This document shows positions 11,095 through 19,831 of a stretch of DNA of 64,000 bases, one piece after another (the stretch's first letter is position 1; every line of letters starts with the position of its first letter). The DNA is taken from positions 30,089-94,088 of the forward strand of contig CAZALK010000018.1 in assembly GCA_964486045.1 (NCBI GenBank), in the 5' to 3' direction. The DNA comes from an uncultured archaeon. GTDB taxonomy: Archaea > Asgardarchaeota > Lokiarchaeia > Sigyniarchaeales > SOKP01. A program made the position numbers and the translations under genes. The notes below the pieces were generated by a model. The model ran no database searches. It was given only the letters and a program-made list of their open reading frames with translations, and was not told the DNA's origin.

Positions 11095-11709
11095 ATGAAA
11101 ATGCGAAAGGATAAAAACTTTAGACCAGATGCTAAGCAAAACCCTTATAGAATGAAGCGATCGGCTCCAATCCCTATTAGGTCATTCATTGACTTCAATA
11201 CTCAAAGAGTATGTCCTTCATGTGGGAAAGCAATCAAGATATCTCACAATTTCTGTAAATTTTGTGGGGTTGACTTGAGTGCTATTGAGGCAATCGGGAG
11301 TTCAGATGAGATTTCAAAGCAATTAGCAATAACAGCGGTTACCGATCCTGATCCTGAAGTAAGAAAAGAAGCAGTAGATACATTAGGAGATTTTGGCGAG
11401 AAAAAGGTACTGGGTGTATTATCACATGTTCTTCTCAATGATCCAGATGAGGAAGTTAGAAAAGAAGCTGCTGACGAATTAGGAGATCTTCATCATCCCT
11501 ATAGTATGGATGTACTTGCTAAAGCCTTGAAAGATGAGAGCCCCTTAGTAAGGAAGGAAGCTATAGAAGGTTTAAAAAAAATTAAAAAAAAAATTAAACC
11601 AGAGAAACAGTACAAGGGGAAACCTGAAGAAAGGGCTGAACGGGAAACTAAAAATGAAACTAAAGAAAAAACAGAAGATGAACCTCAAAATCAAACTAAA
11701 ATTGAATGA
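11095..11709 (+). CDS. Zinc-ribbon + HEAT/PBS-lyase repeat protein
   Basis: CPSCG...FCKFCG; three D-x-x-x-x-VRKEA repeats; charged tail. Confidence 0.85.
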   Translation: MKMRKDKNFRPDAKQNPYRMKRSAPIPIRSFIDFNTQRVCPSCGKAIKISHNFCKFCGVDLSAIEAIGSSDEISKQLAITAVTDPDPEVRKEAVDTLGDFGEKKVLGVLSHVLLNDPDEEVRKEAADELGDLHHPYSMDVLAKALKDESPLVRKEAIEGLKKIKKKIKPEKQYKGKPEERAERETKNETKEKTEDEPQNQTKIE

Positions 11710-11721
11710 GAATACTATAGT

Positions 11722-12807
11722 TTAATCTTCATTATTAGGAATTTTGGGTAATGTCCTTCTCCCTGTTGACTTGGAATTTACAGGATTTCCTTTTACGGAC
11801 ATAGTTTTGGGTTTTTCTGGCATCGGTTTCATTCCGGGTTTCTTTTTAGGTGCGGGTTTCCTTTTTGGGGCCGATTTTTTCCTAGGTACCGGTTTCTTTT
11901 TGGGTGCTGTTTTCTTAGCTGCTGATGTTTTTTTAACAGAAGCTGGTTTAGAATCCCGTTGATTTTCTAAAACTTCGATAGCTTCAACTGAGGAATTGTC
12001 TTCTCCAAAATATACTCTTAACACATGATTATTCAGTTCTATCATATCTTTTGGAACTTTTTTAACAGGTTCCCAATCAGTTTCTACAACATCTTCCCCA
12101 AAAATATTTGCTGTTTTTGATACTGCAGCATAAAGTGTATGACCTACAATTAAATTTAATCTTTTACAATCAGGTGGGGCGTCATTCTTTAGAATTTTCT
12201 CCATTATTTCTTTTTTTCGTGATTCTGAAACTCCTTTTGAAGGATAAGATGCAGAACTTGATGATTTTGGAATTGGACCCCTTGTTTTTGTTGCGGGTGC
12301 AGATGTGGGATATGAAGAAACTACTTTTTTACTGCTTGTATCTTGTAATGCGGGGGAATAATATTTGACTTCTTTCTGAGATGTGGAAGGCTTTTTCACA
12401 TCAGTAATCACAGCCCCTCCCCCTCCCATTCTCTCTTTTTCCGCATTTCTCACATATCGCATATCTTCGAGTTTTTCGGTAACTTCCATTGATTCTAATC
12501 TAAAAACATTTAGAAATTCTAAAGGTTCATCTCCGGCATCTACCGAAACAATTTTGCAACGATGAAATTTAGCATGATTCATTAACTCTTCTTGGATAGC
12601 TTGGGCAACTCTAGAACTGATAAATCTTTTTCGAACTGGAGATTTAGGACCCTTCCAAATAAAGATCCTTCTTACTTCTTCATGCACTATTACAAGTACT
12701 TGTTCTGGGTGTAAATTGGCTTGAAGTTCTTCTTCTGGAATGAATATTCTTTCTTTTTCTCCTGAATCATCCAGTTCAAAAATCATAAAGGGTTCATAAT
12801 CTGACAT
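11722..12807 (-). CDS. Single gelsolin-like domain protein with Lys/Pro-rich C-terminal tail
   Basis: LHPEQVLVIV...IFIWKG...KRFISSRVAQ...VDAGDEPLEFLNVF matches the gelsolin repeat pattern. Confidence 0.75.
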   Translation of the reverse strand: MSDYEPFMIFELDDSGEKERIFIPEEELQANLHPEQVLVIVHEEVRRIFIWKGPKSPVRKRFISSRVAQAIQEELMNHAKFHRCKIVSVDAGDEPLEFLNVFRLESMEVTEKLEDMRYVRNAEKERMGGGGAVITDVKKPSTSQKEVKYYSPALQDTSSKKVVSSYPTSAPATKTRGPIPKSSSSASYPSKGVSESRKKEIMEKILKNDAPPDCKRLNLIVGHTLYAAVSKTANIFGEDVVETDWEPVKKVPKDMIELNNHVLRVYFGEDNSSVEAIEVLENQRDSKPASVKKTSAAKKTAPKKKPVPRKKSAPKRKPAPKKKPGMKPMPEKPKTMSVKGNPVNSKSTGRRTLPKIPNNED

Positions 12808-12965
12808 TTTTATCTAACAATAAAGAAATATGATTAATTTTCAAAATTCATTTGAATTTTCTTAAGTAACTTACTTATTTTATAGAAAATATAAAATTAC
12901 GTTATTTTAAATTTTATTTTTCCGAAAGGTAAGAATATTACCAAAAAATAATAAAAGTAAAAATG

Positions 12966-13706
12966 TTAATGATCATGAAGTACATTATCTATTGATAAAA
13001 CAAACCCTAGCAGAATACGCCTGTCAGTTTCATTATCAAGTATCCTCAAAGCATAAGTATCTTTAAAGTCTAATAACCCTCCAAGAAAAACATCTCTCCA
13101 TCTGTCTGCTTTTTCGATTTCAGCAACAATTTTTCCAGACATATCAGTTACCTTATAGGACCACCCCATAAATTTACCTTGAGCCTCGAAGAAACGTTCT
13201 CCACTTGCTGACTCTAAAAAAAACTTTGGTCGGAAAACAGAGAGTATTTTTTTTTTAATTCTAGCAATCATATTTCCTTGAGGATCTTTTAGATCTTGGG
13301 CTCCACGGGCAGATACGATTTTTGAGTGGATAGTAGCCGATAATGTGCCATCAATTTCGAGTAATTCAACTCGACGACGAATACTTAAAATGACTCTTTT
13401 CATCTTTCCAATTATTTGATTATTTTCATCAAGAATCTCGCCGGAACCCCAGTCCCAATATTTTAAAGGAATAAGATCAACGATATCTTATTTTTCCTTA
13501 AGGATAAAGTAGTTACGGCTGATGTCGAATAACCCACCAGGGCGATCATAGGATTGAAAGCCCATCGTCATTGGTGAAATGCTTGTTGTTGGGTAAACGA
13601 CCTCTTCACTCTGTTTCACACTGGAAGGGATCGATGCACCACACTTCTCACAAAATCTCTGCTGTTCTGTCAAAATTTCAACTCCACAATTAGGACAATA
13701 TTTCAT
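12966..13706 (-). CDS. Zinc-ribbon + LURP-one/scramblase (Tubby C-like) protein, split by a 30-nt BHB intron: exon1 13706-13494, exon2 13463-12966, 236 aa after splicing
   Basis: The ORF-track pieces 13488..13706 and 12966..13403 share one frame. Read through, the junction is NYFILKEK*DIVDLIPLKYWDWGSGEILDENNQIIGKMKR. Removing 30 nt gives YFILKEKYWDWGSGEILDENNQ, the typical start of a LURP-one domain. Confidence 0.85.
13464..13493 (-). other. Putative bulge-helix-bulge (tRNA-type) mRNA intron, 30 nt
   Basis: RNA UU-AAGG-AA^A-AAUAAGAU-(AUCGUUG)-AUCUUAUU-CCUU-UA^A-AA: 4-bp central helix, two 3-nt bulges on opposite strands, 8-bp intron stem; contains an in-frame UAA. Confidence 0.8.
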
Positions 13707-13905
13707 TTTTTTCCCTCTTTAAATTCAATTATATTTACAGTTTAAATGGTAATATTTTCTTTTAAATTTTACATTTTTAGCACAATTTCTCTCTTTTAAT
13801 TCTTATTTGCAGGTTTTAATTTAGGAAAATTAAATCTCAAAAAACTTATGTCAGTAATCTTTTCAAAACGTTTTAATTGAATAAGGATTAAATTATATCT
13901 ATCAT

Positions 13906-14670
13906 ATGCCAAACACTAGTATTCCCAAAATCCTAAAGTTAAAAGATTATATAACCCTTATTGGGACTACTCTAGGGATTATTGCTTTAGTCTGTGCTAC
14001 ATTTGGAACTCGAGAATTTATTTCATTGGGATTTTTTTTAATTTCCATTACTTTAGGAACAGATTTGATAGACGGTTATATTGCCCGTAAAACAAAAACC
14101 GTCAATAATATGGGGAAGGAATTGGATTCTTTAAGCGATTCATTAACATTTGGCATTACTCCTGCAATCTTGGCATTTCAAGCATTTAAAACTGAAACTA
14201 TTTTTGACATAATAATTATAATAAGCTCTATTTGTTTTGCTTTTGGTGCTATTCTCAGATTAGCGCGATTTAATATAACTGAAGATTCTGGATATACAGG
14301 ACTTCCTACACCTATTAGTGCTCTAATGTTAATTACTTATTTTTATACCAACTATTTTTACGCATATGGGATGGGAGGTAATACTTATCCAATACCATTG
14401 TTAGCATCTTATTTAATTCCTGTTTTTATGATTTTAATCGCTTGGTTTAATATAACAACATTTATCAGATTTAGTGAGAAGGATAAAATAGTTTATATCG
14501 TTTTCATTGCTATCGCTCCATTATGTCCAATTTTTGGTATAATCGGTATATTAAACCCTAATTTCTTCCTTTCTATGGCAATATCAATATTTTTTTTAAC
14601 CTCTTTCATACTCGCATTGATACTTATTGTTAGAGGTTTCTTCCTTTATTTTAATAGGAAAAAGAATTGA
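13906..14670 (+). CDS. pssA: CDP-alcohol phosphatidyltransferase (archaetidylserine/phosphatidylserine synthase type)
   Basis: DLIDGYIAR...GKELDSLSDSLTFG signature; LRLARFN; GLPTP; multiple TM helices. Confidence 0.85.
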   Translation: MPNTSIPKILKLKDYITLIGTTLGIIALVCATFGTREFISLGFFLISITLGTDLIDGYIARKTKTVNNMGKELDSLSDSLTFGITPAILAFQAFKTETIFDIIIIISSICFAFGAILRLARFNITEDSGYTGLPTPISALMLITYFYTNYFYAYGMGGNTYPIPLLASYLIPVFMILIAWFNITTFIRFSEKDKIVYIVFIAIAPLCPIFGIIGILNPNFFLSMAISIFFLTSFILALILIVRGFFLYFNRKKN

Positions 14671-14703
14671 TCTTATTTATAGAATAACATTACGCAGAAT
14701 TCC

Positions 14704-16692
14704 CTAAGCGAATTTATTCTTCCAGCTCTCAATATTCTCTATGATCTGTTTTGAATCAATTTCTTCAAGTAAAAGGTCATTAAATCTATATTGATTTATT
14801 AAACTCCTTAATTTGTGTAAAGTTACGGAAAAACCTCTTTTTTCAAGAACAAGATCCGCAATCTTTTGCAATTCGGCACTAAATTCCTCCCCTTTTAAGT
14901 TCGGTAATTTTTGAACTAAATTATCAAAGGCAGAATTGATCAGTTTGCCTGTTTCATCTCCTCTCTTTACAGTTTTTTTAGGTTTTGAAGCAGGTTTAGA
15001 AGCAAACTTTATTTTTTCTTGTAATTTTTTCTTAATCTCAGTAATTTGATCTTTTTCTCTTTGCCTCATAGGCGTTGCTTGAGAAATCTTTTCAGAAGAT
15101 GGTATTTCTGCTTGCTTGACAATTCTAGATTTTTGCGGAGCAGTAGACTTTGGATCTTTAGGGCTTGTAATGGGCTTTATTTTCTTAAAAATCTCATTTT
15201 TGGCTTCCTTGATTGATTTTGATAGAATTTTTGAAGATTTAGCCTTTTGGGAGGCATAGAATGTATCTGAATAAGCCTCTTCCCATATATTATTTATTAA
15301 TGGATCAATTACCTCAATTAATGGTTTAAAATTAACTCCTACTCCGATAAAGTCATTTAACTGGTTTTTTATGTCTCTTTGGATTATACCAATAGTTATG
15401 AGATTATTATCCTCCTTAATCGCGATTAAATTCTCGTTTTCTAGGGTTTTATATTCAATATTGGTTAAAGAACTGAACTTTTTAACAATGCTATTGGTAT
15501 GTGGTTCTGAAGCGATAATTTTGATTTTTAAACTTCTAGGAATTTTTTCAAACTGTTCAATTGCTAAATGATTTTCTATGTGAGGTACTACAATTATTAG
15601 ATCATCTTTCGATGTAGCAATAGATTTTTGAATTTCTTCATTAATTTTTATAAGGCTACTAACGGTCCAAATATTAACGATTTGTGTTTTATCTGAAGTA
15701 CTCATTTCTTGATAATACGCTTTCATAAGATTTTCAACAGGCTTATTCAACTGTGAGACTTCCTCAATAGAGCTTTGAATTACAGCATTTATATTCTCTA
15801 AAACCTTATTTTCTAGGCTTCCCATCTCTTTAGATAATGAGTTGTTATTTTTTTTAAGCATCTCATTAATTATATTCATTTTATTTTCAAAATTACTTAA
15901 CATGTTAAGTAAAATCATTTTAAAGTCATCTCGATGTTGGAATGTAGTGTTTATTAAGTTTACTATCGGTTTCGTAGCTTTTTCGAACTCATGTTCAATT
16001 GTTTCGTAGAGTTTACTAGAAAACTGTTTTATTAATATCTCTGATTTCTCTTTAAAGATTTTATCGACGATAGATAAAATTTCTTCCTTATGTTTTTTGA
16101 ATTCTAATGAATTAATTTGATTAATTATTTCTGACTTAATACTTAAAATCTGCTTCATGAAATGAGTAAATTGTGTTTGTGTCTGTGTTTTTATGAGTTG
16201 GCTTAATTCAAATATTTCTGTGTTAATGCTCTTTAATTCTTCCATTCCTTCGACAATGTCTTCTATTTCTTGTTTTTGTATAATAATATCTTCTTCGATA
16301 TCGTTCCTCATGTCATGAAATTTCTCAAGAATGGTATCCAATTGAATTCCTTCATTCTGTTGGAAAATTTGATTTATAGTGTTAACTATTAGATCTTTAA
16401 TCGAATCTTTTATTCCATTTAGGTTCGCATTAATATTTTCATAATAATTTACTATTGGAAGAATAGGTGGAATTGCATAATAATGTAATAAAATTTCTTT
16501 ATTTTTTGGAATTAATTGAATCAACAAACCTCCGTTCATTAATTGACTTAAATTTTCATCAAATTCATCTAAAGACGTTTTTGAAACAATTGAATACAAT
16601 TCATGATAAGTAAGTGGGGATTTCCCTATTATTTTTAAATAAATCTCAATAGCGTTATTCGAAAGTTGTAATTTTTTTAAAAAATCTTCCAT
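14704..16692 (-). CDS. TrmB-like wHTH protein with long coiled-coil/helical insert and TrmB/PLD-like effector domain
   Basis: N-terminal LSNNAIEIYLKI...LSQLMNGGLL...YYAIPP; about 250 aa heptad-rich region; INEEIQKSIATSKDDLIIVVP. Confidence 0.6.
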   Translation of the reverse strand: MEDFLKKLQLSNNAIEIYLKIIGKSPLTYHELYSIVSKTSLDEFDENLSQLMNGGLLIQLIPKNKEILLHYYAIPPILPIVNYYENINANLNGIKDSIKDLIVNTINQIFQQNEGIQLDTILEKFHDMRNDIEEDIIIQKQEIEDIVEGMEELKSINTEIFELSQLIKTQTQTQFTHFMKQILSIKSEIINQINSLEFKKHKEEILSIVDKIFKEKSEILIKQFSSKLYETIEHEFEKATKPIVNLINTTFQHRDDFKMILLNMLSNFENKMNIINEMLKKNNNSLSKEMGSLENKVLENINAVIQSSIEEVSQLNKPVENLMKAYYQEMSTSDKTQIVNIWTVSSLIKINEEIQKSIATSKDDLIIVVPHIENHLAIEQFEKIPRSLKIKIIASEPHTNSIVKKFSSLTNIEYKTLENENLIAIKEDNNLITIGIIQRDIKNQLNDFIGVGVNFKPLIEVIDPLINNIWEEAYSDTFYASQKAKSSKILSKSIKEAKNEIFKKIKPITSPKDPKSTAPQKSRIVKQAEIPSSEKISQATPMRQREKDQITEIKKKLQEKIKFASKPASKPKKTVKRGDETGKLINSAFDNLVQKLPNLKGEEFSAELQKIADLVLEKRGFSVTLHKLRSLINQYRFNDLLLEEIDSKQIIENIESWKNKFA

Positions 16693-16864
16693 CTTTAAGT
16701 CACATACTTCTTTCTCATAATTTTGTGAACTTTATATAAATTTTATAAACATTTTGACTTTTTAATTGTATTTATTTTTCATCTTTACTAAAAAATATAA
16801 GGATATTCTAACATTATGATAAGTAATAAATTTAAAGATCTCTGCTGATTTTTTATAAGTAAAT

Positions 16865-18079
16865 GTGAATACTATGAAGGAAGATGTCTACTTTTACTTG
16901 GATTTAACAAAGGATCTTCTGAAAAAAAAAGAATTGGTTAAAGTCATTAAATACTATATTGATGAGAAAAATAAAGCAAACATAAATGGTCGATATTCTC
17001 TCCTTATCTTCCAAGAAGAGGGTAACCCAATTTTTATCACTGATAAAAAGGATTCAGGCATAATCGCAAAATCACTTGACGAAAATTGGAAATTTAGACC
17101 AAAAAAACAGAGTTTCTTTGAAAATGGCTTATTTTATATCTTTTCTTACATAGCCGAAACTGTTAGAAAAAAATCCAAATTTAATCGAATAATAATTATA
17201 ACAGATACCCCATCTGATTTATCTGAAGGCTATCAGGAAGCATTGTTTAATCTCGTCTCTAAAATAAAAAATTTTCCTACCTTTATTGATGTTATCAGGA
17301 TTTCTGATAGCAATGAACGATTCTTTAGTGATGATGTAAAATTGAATATGTTAGCTAGTGATACTAAGGGAGGTATATTTTATCTTAAAGACAAAAAAGA
17401 ACTTAGCGATGTGATTAAAAAATTAGTGAAAACTAAGCAATTTACAAGCACATTTGTAAACCAACCAGATCGTATTAAGATTACTAAAGAAGATTATGCA
17501 TTTTATAATCAATTAGCAAAATCATTAAAAAAATCAGAGGTATCAATGGAAAAATTGATTTGTCATATATGCAAGGAGGAAGTATGTCCATTATGCACTG
17601 ATGTATACGACATTCCTCTATTTTGTGAAGATTGCAATTCTAATTTTCACAATTGCTGTATTACTAATCACACTATTAATCATAACATTGGAATTCCTAA
17701 TATTTTACGCTGCCCTGGACCCTCGTGCGATGTACTTCTTAAAATAGATGAAGATGAAATTATTGAAGTATCAGGTGAAGTGGAAGTGAAAAGTGTAAAA
17801 GAATTTATGGCTAAAGAAGTTTTTCATGAAATCCCTAAAACACTTCCTGAAGTATCAACATTGCCACCATCATCTTCTAATGTTGGTTTAGTAAAGACAT
17901 CTAAAACAGAATTAAGATCAGCTAGTACTAGTGACTCAATCGAGGGGGTACCGGTAAAAACTATTCATATTGGCGGATTTTTTGGTAAATCTTATACAGT
18001 TAAGAAGGTTGGTGATAAAATAGTGTATGAAAGAATAACTAATAAAGCAACTTTTACCCCAGATACGACGACAGAGTGA
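16865..18079 (+). CDS. vWA-like domain + Cys/His-rich RING/PHD-like finger protein (paralog 1; C-terminal zinc ribbon lies beyond in-frame stops, up to 18238)
   Basis: FYLDL...RIIIITD...FIDVIRI...TKGG; CHIC-x4-CPLC...CEDC-x3-FHNCC...CPGPSC; clearly paralogous to 18411..19748. Confidence 0.75.
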   Translation: MNTMKEDVYFYLDLTKDLLKKKELVKVIKYYIDEKNKANINGRYSLLIFQEEGNPIFITDKKDSGIIAKSLDENWKFRPKKQSFFENGLFYIFSYIAETVRKKSKFNRIIIITDTPSDLSEGYQEALFNLVSKIKNFPTFIDVIRISDSNERFFSDDVKLNMLASDTKGGIFYLKDKKELSDVIKKLVKTKQFTSTFVNQPDRIKITKEDYAFYNQLAKSLKKSEVSMEKLICHICKEEVCPLCTDVYDIPLFCEDCNSNFHNCCITNHTINHNIGIPNILRCPGPSCDVLLKIDEDEIIEVSGEVEVKSVKEFMAKEVFHEIPKTLPEVSTLPPSSSNVGLVKTSKTELRSASTSDSIEGVPVKTIHIGGFFGKSYTVKKVGDKIVYERITNKATFTPDTTTE

Positions 18080-18410
18080 AATGAGAACAATAAGATTCCC
18101 GTATCTAATACTGCCAATTATCTGAAAGCTGACCAAACGAGAAAAAAAGAAATAAGTCTTGTCATATGTCAACAATGTGGAAGTCAAATAGATCCAAAAC
18201 AATAGATAAAATGCCCAACTTGTGGACACCAAATCTAGATATTACAATAAATTCAAGAGTTAGCAGCTTCTTTTCAAGTAAATCCTCAAAAAAAAATCAT
18301 CTACGTATGTTTATTTATAAATAGAAGATTATGAAATAATAAATAAAAATAAATAATACTTCTACCATTATTTTTTTATAATTTACCGATATTTCTAAAA
18401 TAGCAATTCA

Positions 18411-19748
18411 TTGATTTTGATGCTACCTAAAATATTATCCGAAGAGTTTATTTTTTATATTGATTTAAGCACAAACTTTCTTAAAAAAAAATCAGTGATG
18501 AAAGCTATTGGTTCATTCATCAAAGAAAAGAACAAATCAAATGCTTTAAGTTCTTATGGTGTTGTATTTTTTCAAAAGGATGAAAATCCCGTAAATGAAT
18601 ATAATTTAAAAGATTCCGAATCTATTTTAAACATTATTGATCAAGCTTGGGAAAAAAGAGAAATTGAGAAGAGTTATTTAGAGAATGGTCTTTATGAAAT
18701 TCTAGCTTATATTTTTAGAACCAGTAGAAAAGTTAGAAAGAATTATCGTGTAATAATTGTGTCTGATACCCCTAGTAAATTATCAGAAGATTATTATAAC
18801 GCCCTTTATGATTTATTACTTAAAGCCAAGAAGTTTTCAACATTCATTGATATAATAAGAGTGGGAGATGAGCAGTTTTATGAAGATGACGTAAAACTAA
18901 AAGTTATTTCTTCGGAGACTTTCGGGGGGATGTTATACTGCCAAAATGAGAAGCTCTTACAAAATATTTTAGGGTCATTAATTCAAAATAAGAGTGAATT
19001 TAAAGTTTTAAAAAGAGATGAAACAGATACTATTCTTCCTGAAGATAAAACGTTTTATGAACGTTTGGCAGTCGATCTTATCTCCCTTTCTGCCGATGAA
19101 GAAGAGATATGTACAATCTGTGAACAGGAATTATGCCCAATATGTGAGGCTCATTCTGATGAAGTCCATAAATGTTTTAATTGCAACGCAAAATTCCATA
19201 GTTGTTGTGGAGCTAGATATTCACTTGCTAAGAACATTGGGTTTAAACATCTATTTAGATGTCCACAGTGCGAGACTTTATTAAAACTTGATGAAGAATA
19301 TGTAGAGATGATATATAGAGAAGACCTCGAAGAAGAATTACCTGCAATTGATGAAGTTGAAATCGTTAATGAAGAAGCTCAAGTAGAAGTTAGCACCGAA
19401 GAGGATCTACCTATCGAGGAACCAGAAATGGAACAAGAAATTGATAAAGAAGTTGAAGTAGCGAATTCTGAAGTTCCAGAATCTCCCCCACCATCTGAAG
19501 GAACCAAAAAAGTCAAGGTTGGCGGATTTTTTGGAAAGGAAATTGAAATTAAACTAAAAAATAGTTCCTCCACTACTCCTATAAAGGAAATGTCTGAGCC
19601 AGAAGCAGCACCAGAAAAAACTGCCTCTATAACTACACTAAAGCCCCCACGAAAAAAGAGAGTGAGCACAATAAGATTATGTCAAATTTGTGGTACTACA
19701 TTACAAAGTGCTAAGAATTGCCCCAAGTGTGGAGCTAAAGTAGATTAG
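18411..19748 (+). CDS. vWA-like domain + RING/PHD-like finger + acidic linker + C-terminal zinc ribbon (paralog 2)
   Basis: FYIDLS...RVIIVSD...FIDIIRVG...TFGG; CTIC-x4-CPIC...CFNC-x3-FHSCC...CPQC; terminal CQICG...CPKCG. Confidence 0.8.
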   Translation: MILMLPKILSEEFIFYIDLSTNFLKKKSVMKAIGSFIKEKNKSNALSSYGVVFFQKDENPVNEYNLKDSESILNIIDQAWEKREIEKSYLENGLYEILAYIFRTSRKVRKNYRVIIVSDTPSKLSEDYYNALYDLLLKAKKFSTFIDIIRVGDEQFYEDDVKLKVISSETFGGMLYCQNEKLLQNILGSLIQNKSEFKVLKRDETDTILPEDKTFYERLAVDLISLSADEEEICTICEQELCPICEAHSDEVHKCFNCNAKFHSCCGARYSLAKNIGFKHLFRCPQCETLLKLDEEYVEMIYREDLEEELPAIDEVEIVNEEAQVEVSTEEDLPIEEPEMEQEIDKEVEVANSEVPESPPPSEGTKKVKVGGFFGKEIEIKLKNSSSTTPIKEMSEPEAAPEKTASITTLKPPRKKRVSTIRLCQICGTTLQSAKNCPKCGAKVD

Positions 19749-19831
19749 TGAAAGTCTCCAATAAAATTTTTCCCTGAAACATTTGTTTCTTATTCTAATT
19801 ATATAAGATATATACTTAGCATGGTGAAATA

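Noticed and set aside
18077-18079. UGA as selenocysteine
   Set aside because: It falls in a disordered linker, not at a Cys-homologous position; no convincing SECIS was seen; a UAG follows
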